A stretch of DNA of 62,953 bases from an uncultured Candidatus Saccharibacteria bacterium (GCA_964490245.1 CAZBAF010000007.1:1-62953), one strand, 5' to 3'. Counted from the first letter of the stretch, positions 1-8,530 are shown. Notes: generated by a model from the letters alone, not told the origin. Numbers and translations are program-made.

Positions 1-416
1 TGAAAGTTCTTTAAATAACCGTTGGCCGTCCCGCCTGCCACCCAGGCAAGAATCACGGTCGCGGCCCCCACGGCGACAGCGCTTAGTTGCTGTAGGTCCT
101 CGTTCTCTGCAGACTTTTGGGCGGTTCTTTGCTGAACCTGTTCTAATGAAGGTATCGTAAATGTATAAGCCGGTGTGCCGTCATCCTGGGCACTGGTATA
201 GATCGGTGTCGCGTCAAACAAGAGCGAACAGGCGTCAGGCACATGGTCCAGCACCTGACCCTCATTGCCAGCCGCTACCTGACGGCAGGCGGCGGCTTCT
301 TCTGATACTATTGCCGGATCCAACGGCTTAACAAACACTTCATTTGCTTCATGCGCAAACAAGCCGGCCGCGCCCAGTCCAGCTCCCAATGCAACTGTCC
401 GTCTCATCATCTGCAT
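1..416 (-). CDS. hypothetical exported/membrane protein (C-terminal part cut off by window start)
   Basis: Minus-strand frame is open from the ATG at 414-416 to position 1; it is absent from the ORF track because there is no stop inside the window. N-terminus MQMMRRTVALGAGLGAAGLFAHEA resembles a twin-arginine signal peptide. A second hydrophobic stretch AVAVGAATVILAWVAGG lies near the edge. Confidence 0.45.
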   Translation of the reverse strand, partial: MQMMRRTVALGAGLGAAGLFAHEANEVFVKPLDPAIVSEEAAACRQVAAGNEGQVLDHVPDACSLLFDATPIYTSAQDDGTPAYTFTIPSLEQVQQRTAQKSAENEDLQQLSAVAVGAATVILAWVAGGTANGYLKNF

Positions 417-475
417 TTTTCCCATTACACTTTTATACCATACTTTTGCATATTATTAAATTAGTTTATGACGCC

Positions 476-1165
476 TTAAATACCGAAATGCTGCCCTCTC
501 AGACTGCGCACCAACGGAGACAAGGCTTCAGCCAGCTGGCTGGCGCCTTGCACCTGTACGATCGCCGCCGGGCTGTTGTGTGCCAGGAGCTTCAGCAGCT
601 TGATATGGTTTTTATCAAAACCGCCGTTCTGATCCGGCACAAACAGTCCCGCCTCATAGTCAAAGGTAAACTTCTCTGACGGGTTAAGCGCATTACCCCT
701 GGCATCTTTAGAAAAATCCGGCACATGGCCCATGAGCTGCAACAGGCGCATCGAAAACGACACCTCCACCAGCCCGATTGATATCTGCGGATGGTGCAGC
801 GCCGCGAGTGATTCCTGCAACGCCGTAAAGTACTCCTGGCCCGCAGTGTCCTCTAAAACTTTGTCGCAGATTTTAAGCATCAGATAAGCTGCATTTGTAC
901 GCTCCAGGTCTTTTACGATATTCCCGTAATGACTAACCAGCCGCGCAGACACCAAAGTGCCGATATCACCCCTGCCCTTTATAAAATGCAGCTCGCTGAC
1001 GCTGAACAGCTCGATCCCGCCAGCCAGCTTGCTCTTGGCTTTGCGTACCCCTTTGGCTATGACATTGATCCTGCCATAATCTTCAGTTAAAAAGGTCATG
1101 ATCCGGTCAGCTTCGCCATAGTCAGTCCGGCGCAGAATAATACCCCGGGTTCTTAAATGTTTCAT
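476..1165 (-). CDS. recO: DNA repair protein RecO
   Basis: 229 aa. N-terminal OB-fold signature GIILRRTDYGEADRIMTFLTEDYGRINVIAKGVRKAKSKL is typical of RecO. Start overlaps the upstream gene stop (ATGA). Confidence 0.85.
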   Translation of the reverse strand: MKHLRTRGIILRRTDYGEADRIMTFLTEDYGRINVIAKGVRKAKSKLAGGIELFSVSELHFIKGRGDIGTLVSARLVSHYGNIVKDLERTNAAYLMLKICDKVLEDTAGQEYFTALQESLAALHHPQISIGLVEVSFSMRLLQLMGHVPDFSKDARGNALNPSEKFTFDYEAGLFVPDQNGGFDKNHIKLLKLLAHNSPAAIVQVQGASQLAEALSPLVRSLRGQHFGI

Positions 1166-1548
1166 TGCACCCTGGCAGGCACCAGACTGTCGATACGCTG
1201 CGCTAACTTTTTTAGAGTGGTTTTTGGCTTATACAGGTAAGCGGCCAGCCCCAGGCCGCGCATCATCTCGTCGCTTACCACTGCATGATCGCGCGGGATG
1301 CGCGTCAGCAAAACGGCCGGGATTGTCTGCCAGTCGCCATACGACCTGAACTCGTACAAAAATTCGATACCGCTGTGTGCGGGCAGCAAGAGCTCGGTCA
1401 GTACAATATCGGGCCTGTGTGTATCCGCCTGATTAATGGCACTTTGCGCATTGCGGCACCAGGCAATCCGGTGGCCGGCCCGCCCTAAAAAGGCGCAATA
1501 CTGCCTGGCCAGAATGGGATTTGGTTCAACCAGCAAAATATCTGCCAT
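1162..1548 (-). CDS. single-domain response-regulator receiver protein, atypical (acceptor Asp apparently replaced by Glu)
   Basis: 128 aa with CheY-like layout: ILLVEPN ... PDIVLTELLLP ... AVLLT ... YLYKP. The conserved T and K are present, but the acidic pocket reads EP rather than DD and the acceptor position reads E. Confidence 0.7.
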   Translation of the reverse strand: MADILLVEPNPILARQYCAFLGRAGHRIAWCRNAQSAINQADTHRPDIVLTELLLPAHSGIEFLYEFRSYGDWQTIPAVLLTRIPRDHAVVSDEMMRGLGLAAYLYKPKTTLKKLAQRIDSLVPARVQ

Positions 1549-1557
1549 GCCGGCGCC

Positions 1558-2274
1558 CTACACAATACTCAGCTGCCGACTTGGCGTTAAGGTTGCAGCC
1601 AGCCCGGATAAACCATGTAGCCGCGATGCATACATCGGCGCCTGCATACAAGCAAACAAGGCATCAGCAATAAGGACGGCCGCACCCGCCCCGCCGTCAA
1701 AGGCGGCAAAAGGCTGACGGCTCCGACCCTTCAGTGCCCGGGCTTGCCTGAGCGACGAAGCATCCAGACCGTTAATCGCACCATATGCCCCCGCACTGAT
1801 ACCCTTGCCCGTGCGGCGAAGCGCCAGCTTGACGAGCGGTTTTTTGACATCGGCCTGAACAGCGGCATCAATAAAGCCCTGACCCAGACTCCCAAGCGCC
1901 GTCTCAACGGCACGACGATGAGCCATAACCGGCCCGTACCTTCCGCTGATTTCAAGCTCGAGACGACAATCATGAACCCGGGCATACTCCCACAGCGATT
2001 GGGCGGCATCGTAAAGCACCGCGCTCAGGGACACCGGCTCCAGCTCCAGTTCCTGTTGCACGCCCAGTTCTGTACTGAGCAGATAGCCGTCAATTAACTG
2101 CAGGGCTGCCCGCGCCGTGACCTGTATATCCTGCTGCGCCTGTTGAGCCTGCGCCCGGTCATCGGCCGGATCGAGTAACTCGGCGGCATGCGCGATCTGC
2201 AAAAAAGGCAGCCTGACCTGCTCGGCCAAACCGGCAAACAGTTCAGAAGCTGTCGTGTCGCGTGTGTGCGTCAA
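1558..2274 (-). CDS. soluble histidine-kinase-like protein, degenerate (TTG start)
   Basis: 238 aa, no TM segment. DHp-like segment LAEQVRLPFLQIAHAAELL and HATPase-like layout (LELEPVSLSAVLYDA ... RRAVETALGSLGQGFIDA ... FDGGAGAAV ... GLSGLAATL). H-box His and N-box Asn are not evident by eye. Confidence 0.5.
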   Translation of the reverse strand: MTHTRDTTASELFAGLAEQVRLPFLQIAHAAELLDPADDRAQAQQAQQDIQVTARAALQLIDGYLLSTELGVQQELELEPVSLSAVLYDAAQSLWEYARVHDCRLELEISGRYGPVMAHRRAVETALGSLGQGFIDAAVQADVKKPLVKLALRRTGKGISAGAYGAINGLDASSLRQARALKGRSRQPFAAFDGGAGAAVLIADALFACMQAPMYASRLHGLSGLAATLTPSRQLSIV

Positions 2275-2320
2275 CCGTATGTTACCCCCGTAATCTTATA
2301 CTACATTGTAGCACGTGAGC

Positions 2321-2974
2321 TTATGGGGTAAACGAAAACTCTTCCAGTATTTTGGCAAAATCCGTCCGGTAGTCCTGCCCCTCGGTCCAGATCTTTATCG
2401 TCTTGTCGCGCAGCGGTAGTAGCACCATCACGCCCTGTTTGCGTGATTCTATCTCGCCCTCCAGGCGCATGCCCAGCACACTGTCAACTTTGGGGGCACG
2501 GTATGCCGATGCCCGCACGCTACCCGACCGTACACTGCTGTCAAACGACTTAACGGCGGCATCATAGGCCGTATTCTGTACCTCAAAGCGCAGTGCAAAG
2601 TTGTTTTCTCTGACCGAAGTCGAAGGCACAAAGTCAGGGTGTCCATAGCCGCTGACCGGCGTGTTACCCCTGCCCGACTCGTCTATGTAACTGCTCCAGT
2701 TTTTGGGATACGAGATATTGAGCGATCCATAGGTTGAAGGCCCCTGATACGTACGGTACGGCAGCTTTGAGGCTTCAGCAAATTCGGCATCTTTCCTCAG
2801 CGCAACGGTTTCTTCGGTTGCCGCCACCGCCTCGGCAATTTTGGCGTCAACATTGTTTTTATATTCCTGCCGCCCGGCAAAAGCCCAAGTACCAAAAATC
2901 AGCGAAAACAGTAAAAGCGCACTGACCACGGCTAATGGTACGAGCAATGAGCCCCGCTCATCAAGCTTATTCAT
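2321..2974 (-). CDS. membrane-anchored hypothetical protein
   Basis: 217 aa. N-terminal TM LLVPLAVVSALLLFSLIFGTWAF followed by an extracytoplasmic domain. No recognisable family. Confidence 0.55.
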   Translation of the reverse strand: MNKLDERGSLLVPLAVVSALLLFSLIFGTWAFAGRQEYKNNVDAKIAEAVAATEETVALRKDAEFAEASKLPYRTYQGPSTYGSLNISYPKNWSSYIDESGRGNTPVSGYGHPDFVPSTSVRENNFALRFEVQNTAYDAAVKSFDSSVRSGSVRASAYRAPKVDSVLGMRLEGEIESRKQGVMVLLPLRDKTIKIWTEGQDYRTDFAKILEEFSFTP

Positions 2975-3175
2975 AAGCGTAATGGTAGCACATTCAGGTC
3001 ATGAGCGTGAAGTGCAGAGTCGCCAGGATAAATAATATAGCAGACGTTGTTGTTTTTACCGCGGTGCCGGATCAAGACAAGGCGGCAGGCAGCGCTCTTT
3101 AGGCTAAGTGTTGCCGATAAAGCAACAAAACCGTTCACGAACCCCTGCCGCCCGGCCCGGCCGGATTTACCCGCT

Positions 3176-3757
3176 TTACTCTGCCCCGTCCGTACCCTTA
3201 TACAAATACAGATACATCCCGTTTATCTCGCGCACCGGCCTCTTGCCCGGTATCTTAAATGCAAAACTGACAACCCTGACCCCGTTAGCACCAGGACGTG
3301 CTGCAGTACCCTTGTGATGGCCGCTAGTGGCCTGCCTGGTGCTTATAGGATTGACAAAATTACCTATTTCTTGAGTAATTTTTTTATGCAATTTAGACAT
3401 ATACGGATCCAGCAAAAACACATAAATACCGTCGCATGGCGGCAGCACATGCCGCCAATAATTGCCCCACCTTACACTGACCAGGCCACGATACCTAAGC
3501 AAAGCCAGCTTACTGTAGAGCACCAGCAAAGGGTTAAGCTCATACCCGATCGCCCGTACGCCCTGCTGCGCGGCCGCCCTAAGCATACGACCGTCGCCAC
3601 TGCCCAGCTCAACCAGCGTCTGGCCGGGCTTAAGATCCAACAGCTTTAGCGCATCGGCCTTACGGCTGCTGAGTGTCGGCAAAAACGGCGCCCCGAACAA
3701 AATAACAAAACTAAAGATCATCACCAGCGCCGTCCCGGCCAGAATCAGCCACGTCAT
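3176..3757 (-). CDS. membrane-anchored class I SAM-dependent methyltransferase
   Basis: 193 aa. N-terminal TM, then SAM motif I LVELGSGDGRML and post-I YELNP. Confidence 0.7.
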   Translation of the reverse strand: MTWLILAGTALVMIFSFVILFGAPFLPTLSSRKADALKLLDLKPGQTLVELGSGDGRMLRAAAQQGVRAIGYELNPLLVLYSKLALLRYRGLVSVRWGNYWRHVLPPCDGIYVFLLDPYMSKLHKKITQEIGNFVNPISTRQATSGHHKGTAARPGANGVRVVSFAFKIPGKRPVREINGMYLYLYKGTDGAE

Positions 3758-3769
3758 ACGGTATGTCCG

Positions 3770-3970
3770 CTATGCATCAAAAGATTGTTTTAGCTTTTTA
3801 ATGGTGTTTTCGGTTTGTTGCAGGTTTGCTTTCAGTTCTTTGGCGATCTTTAATCCACGCTCATACTCGGCGCCGGCTTTATCTATGTCGACGTCGTCAG
3901 ACTCAAACCATTCAATAATTGCCTCCAGCTCCGCCTGAAGTTCTGCGACTGTTTTCTTTTGTGTACTCAT
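3770..3970 (-). CDS. xseB: exodeoxyribonuclease VII small subunit
   Basis: 66-aa helical protein (LEAIIEWFESDDVDIDKAGAEYERGLKIAKELKANL). It overlaps the xseA stop by 4 nt. Confidence 0.8.
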   Translation of the reverse strand: MSTQKKTVAELQAELEAIIEWFESDDVDIDKAGAEYERGLKIAKELKANLQQTENTIKKLKQSFDA

Positions 3971-5079
3971 TTGCCTGCCTTTTCTTCTGCGTTAATTATA
4001 CCGTCTGCAAGTTCTATGGTCAGCTTTGCACCGGCATCAACCTGTGCAGCAGACCGCACTACCCGGCCGCTCAGGCGGGTTATGCTGTAGCCGCGCTGCA
4101 AAATAGCCTGCGGACTCAGCGCCTCAAGCGTGCGCAGCAAACCGGCGCTTTTTTCGATACAGTGTCTCACCGATGACGCCACGCTTTGATGCAGCCGGTC
4201 AACCGCCCTACTCGCAGCCTCTAACGAATCCTGCACCGATGCCAGCGCGGCCCGGTGCAAATCCTGCTCCATGCCGGCAGCAGCGCGCAGCACTGCCGCA
4301 CGATCCGGCACCAGCAGCTCGGCGGCATTGCTGGGGGTACTGGCATGCCCGTCTGCCGCCAGCTCGGCCAGCGACACGTCAACTTCGTGCCCGATTGCGA
4401 CCATAGTCGGGACACGGCTGGCAGCCACGGCCCGCACCACCTGTTCGGTACTGAACGCCTGCAGATCATCGGCACTGCCGCCGCCGCGTATTATCACCAG
4501 TACATCGGCAATGTCCGCCTGTTTATTAAACCATTCTATTGCCCGCACAATCTGTCCCGGGGCTGCCTCGCCCTGCACCTGCACATCGGCCAGCTCTATG
4601 TCGATACCGCCCCAGCGCGCGCCCAATACTTTTACAAAATCCCTATACGCTGCCGATTCGCCGGACGTCACCAGCGCAATCCGCTGGGGCGGATACGGCA
4701 ACGGCCGCTTGCGCTCGGCCGCAAACAGACCCTCTTGCTCCAGCTTTTGCCGCAGCAGGTCCGATGCTTTCTTTATGCTGCCTTCACCGCTGAACTGCAG
4801 ACTCTGCAGATTAAGACTAAAGCCAAACTGCGGATGCAAGCGCGGCGCTGCCATAACACGCACCTTCATGCCGTCCTCGACCGGTGCCGGCAACATATAC
4901 ACCGTACCAAAACAGCGCAGCTTGGCGCTCTCGTCTGCTATATCAAAATACACCCAGCGGTTTTTACTGACCTTAAAGTTCAGTACCTCGCCCTCTATCT
5001 CGACCGCCGGATATGCAAACTCCAGCGTCTGATTAAGCAGCGCGACAAAATCGCTAGGTGTCAATACGGGGAGATTCAT
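3967..5079 (-). CDS. xseA: exodeoxyribonuclease VII large subunit
   Basis: 370 aa. N-terminal OB fold (VEIEGEVLNFKVSKNRWVYFDI) and central catalytic region (IALVTSGESAAYRDF ... IIRGGGSADDL). Confidence 0.9.
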   Translation of the reverse strand: MNLPVLTPSDFVALLNQTLEFAYPAVEIEGEVLNFKVSKNRWVYFDIADESAKLRCFGTVYMLPAPVEDGMKVRVMAAPRLHPQFGFSLNLQSLQFSGEGSIKKASDLLRQKLEQEGLFAAERKRPLPYPPQRIALVTSGESAAYRDFVKVLGARWGGIDIELADVQVQGEAAPGQIVRAIEWFNKQADIADVLVIIRGGGSADDLQAFSTEQVVRAVAASRVPTMVAIGHEVDVSLAELAADGHASTPSNAAELLVPDRAAVLRAAAGMEQDLHRAALASVQDSLEAASRAVDRLHQSVASSVRHCIEKSAGLLRTLEALSPQAILQRGYSITRLSGRVVRSAAQVDAGAKLTIELADGIINAEEKAGK

Positions 5080-6130
5080 TTTCTATGGTTTTTAAGTCCG
5101 GCCCGCCGCTTTTGAGTACCTTGCTATAAAAGTAATACCCGACCGGCAGGAACAAAAGCATGCTTAAGATGCGGTACAGCACCGTAGCCGACAGTGCCAG
5201 ACCGCGGGCCACCCCCACGCTCGCCAGCGTCGCCGTCATCAGCCCCTCATAGACACCCACACCGCCCGGCAGGATAGCGATCAACCCGGCAAAGTTGGCA
5301 ATCGCATAGGCCAGAATAAGCGCCCCCGGATTAATAAGGGTCCCAAACGCCACATACACTACATAAATCGTAATAATCTCGGCCACGTTAAACAGCAACA
5401 TCCACCAGAACAGCCGCCTGACAAGCGCAATGTTACGCGTCAGCGCCTTGTAGTCCTCATGCATATTCTCCAGTGTGCTCTCGACCCTCTGCATATTGAT
5501 AATTTCGTGCTTTTTGGTGATGCGAAACAGCCGAAACAGCGCATTCAGGCCCTTTGGCAGCCAGCTTACAAAAGCCTTGATACGCGTAGCCTTGCCGATA
5601 ATAAATATACCTACCCCCGTACCGAATAAAGTCGTAAAGATAATTGCCGAGCTAATAAAAATCACCAGTCCGTTTGTATCATGACTAAGAGCCAGCAGAA
5701 ACACACCCACCAGCAACAACAACAGAAACGACAGAAACGTCAGCGCAAAGCGTAATATTTGCGCCAGCGTACTCTTGGCGGTGCTTATCCCTGATCGTTT
5801 CAGACGCAGCGACAGATAACTGAACCCGCTTATTCCGCCGCTGGGGAATACGCTGTTCACAAAGTTCAGCTCCAGCGCGATCTTATAGGCTGTTTTGATG
5901 TCGATCCGGCTGTTATTGGCATCAAAAAAGTCCTTATACAGTCTGGCAATGGCATAAAAGCTCACCAGCTTAGCCGGTATCAACAAGGCCAAAACCCAAA
6001 TCTGCAAAGTAGCCAGCTGCTGCAGCGCCTCAACAATCTGCTCGCGCGAAATAACAATCAAGACCGCCAAAGCCACAAACGTCGCTATATTCAGCCAAAA
6101 CTTCACATCACGTATAAGGTGTCTATTCAT
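5054..6130 (-). CDS. polytopic membrane protein, UPF0104 / lysyl-PG-synthase-TM-like (flippase-like) family
   Basis: 358 aa with about 8 predicted TM helices. Size and topology fit the family; no catalytic motif was seen. Confidence 0.5.
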   Translation of the reverse strand: MNRHLIRDVKFWLNIATFVALAVLIVISREQIVEALQQLATLQIWVLALLIPAKLVSFYAIARLYKDFFDANNSRIDIKTAYKIALELNFVNSVFPSGGISGFSYLSLRLKRSGISTAKSTLAQILRFALTFLSFLLLLLVGVFLLALSHDTNGLVIFISSAIIFTTLFGTGVGIFIIGKATRIKAFVSWLPKGLNALFRLFRITKKHEIINMQRVESTLENMHEDYKALTRNIALVRRLFWWMLLFNVAEIITIYVVYVAFGTLINPGALILAYAIANFAGLIAILPGGVGVYEGLMTATLASVGVARGLALSATVLYRILSMLLFLPVGYYFYSKVLKSGGPDLKTIENESPRIDT

Positions 6131-6183
6131 AAATTAACTCAATTATACGGCATTACCGCCTAATAATTCAGGAATAGCTCTGA

Positions 6184-6203
6184 CGGCCGCTAAAGTTATT
6201 CCT
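6184..6203. repeat. 20-nt direct repeat, copy 1 (cggccgctaaagttattcct)
   Basis: Identical 20-mer recurs at 6800-6819. In both copies a gatatact box and then an ATG follow downstream. Confidence 0.9.
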
Positions 6204-6211
6204 GATATACT
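6204..6211 (+). promoter_or_regulatory. extended -10-like box TGATATACT, 7 nt before the ATG
   Basis: tGaTATACT at 6203-6211; start codon at 6219. Confidence 0.45.
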
Positions 6212-6218
6212 CAAACAT

Positions 6219-6809
6219 ATGGGACGTAATAATGAGACGAGCGCCCTTGTCGACGGGCTGCTCAAGGCACTTGCGGGCGGCATCATACTTAGTGCGGCCA
6301 TCACAGCACCCAATTCAATTCAGGTGCTCGACAAGCCTTTGCAGCATTTTTTAGAAAGGCTCGATAAGCGCGAGCGCGAAAGAGAGCTTAAGCGACTTGC
6401 TGCCTACATGCGCAAACGCGGCCTCATACGCGGCACCTACGAACACGGCCTGATCATAACGAAAGCTGGCCGGCAACGCGCCAAAAAGGATGCTGCGGAC
6501 AAACTTACAATCGCCCAGCCAAAGGAGTGGGATAAGAGCTGGCGTCTCGTGCTCTTTGACATCCCCGAAACCAAACGCGATGCCCGCGCTGCACTCACAA
6601 ACATGCTGCGATCACTGGGTTTCCAGCTGCTTCAGCAAAGCGTCTGGATACACCCCTTCCCCTGCCGCGAACAAGTCGAAACATTATGCGTTCGTTATGG
6701 CGTTGCGCAATGGGTAAGCTATATCGAAACTTCCCACATAGATCACGACCATATCCTACAAAAACGCTTTGCAGCAGTTTTCCGTGGGAATAACTTTGGC
6801 GGCCGCTAA
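6219..6809 (+). CDS. PaaX-like / Cas2-fold small regulator-like protein
   Basis: 196 aa. Core WRLVLFDIPETKRDARAALTNMLRSLGFQLLQQSVWIHP matches the ferredoxin-like motif shared by the PaaX family and Cas2 (YDI...R..v.k.L...G....Q.SVf). N-terminal hydrophobic segment. Confidence 0.5.
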   Translation: MGRNNETSALVDGLLKALAGGIILSAAITAPNSIQVLDKPLQHFLERLDKRERERELKRLAAYMRKRGLIRGTYEHGLIITKAGRQRAKKDAADKLTIAQPKEWDKSWRLVLFDIPETKRDARAALTNMLRSLGFQLLQQSVWIHPFPCREQVETLCVRYGVAQWVSYIETSHIDHDHILQKRFAAVFRGNNFGGR

Positions 6810-6818
6810 AGTTATTCC
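6787..6818. repeat. 32-nt near-perfect palindrome spanning the stop codon (ggaataactttg gcggccgc taaagttattcc)
   Basis: 11-bp arms 6787-6797 / 6808-6818 around a NotI-type palindrome. Its right half is copy 2 of the 20-nt direct repeat. Followed by tattt, so terminator-like. Confidence 0.8.
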
Positions 6819-6844
6819 TATTTGGGACTGGTATACTTGGGGCT

Positions 6845-6852
6845 GATATACT
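6845..6852 (+). promoter_or_regulatory. extended -10-like box TGATATACT, 8 nt before the ATG
   Basis: cTGaTATACT at 6844-6852; start codon at 6861. Duplicate of the box at 6204-6211. Confidence 0.45.
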
Positions 6853-6860
6853 AATTACTA

Positions 6861-8081
6861 ATGAAGTCACTTCTTATACTTGGGCGGCAGCCGGCACTGG
6901 GCCTGGCCGAACTGGAAAGCCTGTTTGGGGCCGCTAACCTCCGCCCGGTCGGATCAGAAGCCGCGCTGCTGGCCATTGATGCCGCCGAGGTACCCTTTGC
7001 CCGCCTGGGCGGCAGCGTAAAGCTGGCAAAAGTCCTGACCACCCTGGACACCACCAACTGGAAAGACATTGCCGCCTACCTGGCCAAAACCATTCCCGAT
7101 CACCTGCAACATGTGCCCGAGGGCAAACTGCGTCTGGGCCTAAGCACCTACGGCCTGCGCGTCCGTCCGCAAGAGATAAACGCCACCGGCCTAAGTCTCA
7201 AGAAAATCATCAAAGCCGAGGGCAGAAGCGTACGCGTCATCCCCAATAAAACCACTGCCCTCAACAGCGCCCAGGTTCTGCATAACCAACTGACCGGCCC
7301 GACCGGCTGGGAGCTGGTGCTGGTACGCCACGGCAACAAAACTATTCTTGCACAAACAGTTGCCGAACAGGATATAGAAGCCTACGCCAAACGAGACCAA
7401 AACCGTCCGGCACGCGATGCAAAAGTCGGCATGCTGCCGCCCAAGCTCGCCCAAGTGCTGGTCAATTTGGCCGTAGGCAAAATTGAGGAGAGAGAAGTTA
7501 GGAGTGAGGAGAGAGCTATTCTGGACCCCTTTTGCGGTACCGGAGTTTTGTTACAGGAAGCGATGCTTATAGGCTATCAGGCATACGGAACCGATATCGA
7601 ACCCCGTATGATTGATTACTCACGAAAGAACCTTGCATGGCTCAGTGATCAGTACCCCAAACGCCGCCACCCAAGTCCAGAACTTGAAGTCGGCGACGCC
7701 ACCACCCACACCTGGTCCTCTCTATTTACCAGCTACCACCTACCAACTACTGTATCTGTTGCCTGCGAGACTTATCTTGGAAAGCCCCTCACCTCCCTGC
7801 CGCCGCGCCATGTGCTTGATCCGATCATGGCCGAATGCGATGATATCCACGAAAAATTCCTGCGCAATATCGGTGATCAGATAAAACCCGGCACCCGCCT
7901 CTGCCTGGCTGTACCGGCTTGGCGGACAAAAAGTGGCTTCTTACACCTTAAAACGCTTGCAAAACTGGATGAATTAGGCTATACTCGTCAGAAGTTTGTT
8001 CACGCACGTAATGAGGAGCTGGTCTATCATCGCCCCGACCAGACCGTCGCCCGTGAACTGGTAGTTTTAGAAAAGCAATAA
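6861..8081 (+). CDS. putative SAM-dependent RNA (N2-guanine/N6-adenine type) methyltransferase with N-terminal RNA-binding-like domain
   Basis: 406 aa. Motif I ILDPFCGTGVLLQEA and GTDIEPRMI resemble the Trm11/RlmL/UPF0020 group. The motif IV region is not a clean (D/N)PPY. Confidence 0.6.
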   Translation: MKSLLILGRQPALGLAELESLFGAANLRPVGSEAALLAIDAAEVPFARLGGSVKLAKVLTTLDTTNWKDIAAYLAKTIPDHLQHVPEGKLRLGLSTYGLRVRPQEINATGLSLKKIIKAEGRSVRVIPNKTTALNSAQVLHNQLTGPTGWELVLVRHGNKTILAQTVAEQDIEAYAKRDQNRPARDAKVGMLPPKLAQVLVNLAVGKIEEREVRSEERAILDPFCGTGVLLQEAMLIGYQAYGTDIEPRMIDYSRKNLAWLSDQYPKRRHPSPELEVGDATTHTWSSLFTSYHLPTTVSVACETYLGKPLTSLPPRHVLDPIMAECDDIHEKFLRNIGDQIKPGTRLCLAVPAWRTKSGFLHLKTLAKLDELGYTRQKFVHARNEELVYHRPDQTVARELVVLEKQ

Positions 8082-8084
8082 CGT

Positions 8085-8219
8085 AAAATAACCACTGTTA
8101 AGCGGTTATTTTGAGACAAGGGTAATTTGCCCTTAGGTGAGGCTTCCATTTCGGAAACGTATTTTACGTACGATGGAGAAATGTCCTCGACTAAGGGGAA
8201 ATTACCACTCTCAAAATAA
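8085..8219 (+). promoter_or_regulatory. structured leader/element upstream of rpmA (about 115-nt imperfect hairpin plus a competing 5' hairpin)
   Basis: Helices paired by hand: 8106-8116/8209-8219 (11 bp), 8121-8128/8199-8206 (8 bp), 8130-8136/8191-8197 (7 bp), 8138-8142/8185-8189, 8144-8149/8173-8178, 8158-8161/8169-8172. The alternative hairpin 8085-8093/8104-8112 shares bases with the first helix. Confidence 0.4.
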
Positions 8220-8242
8220 GTGCGCGCATAAAGGAACTATAG

Positions 8243-8515
8243 ATGGCACATGTCAAAGCTGGCGGTACCGCCAAAAACATCCACAACAACCCCGGTCAAC
8301 GCCTGGGCGTTAAAGTATTTGGTGGCGAAAAGGTCACAACCGGCCAGGTTATCGTCCGCCAGGTTGGCCTGACCAAGCGCGCCGGCGTCGGCACCAAGCT
8401 CAGCCGCAACTTCACCATCCATGCTGACCGCGACGGCACCGTCGTTTACAACAAGCGCAAGGTCAAGACTTTCACCGGCCGCACCGTCTGGCGCACCGAA
8501 GTCACTGTTCAGTAA
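8243..8515 (+). CDS. rpmA: 50S ribosomal protein L27
   Basis: 90 aa. MAHVKAGGTAKN ... RLGVKVFGGEKV ... IVRQ is the L27 signature. Confidence 0.95.
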   Translation: MAHVKAGGTAKNIHNNPGQRLGVKVFGGEKVTTGQVIVRQVGLTKRAGVGTKLSRNFTIHADRDGTVVYNKRKVKTFTGRTVWRTEVTVQ

Positions 8516-8530
8516 TTCCCTACGACTTAC

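Noticed and set aside
4255-5115. Long antisense ORFs opposite clear genes (for example 4255-5115+, 4271-5032+, 17248-18078+, 33490-34251+, 35865-36527+, 37965-38621+, 51413-52216+, 3047-3649+).
   Set aside because: Each lies entirely within a well-supported gene on the other strand. They have Arg/Pro/Ala/Ser-rich, low-complexity translations typical of shadow frames in GC-rich DNA, and no motifs or ribosome-binding sites.
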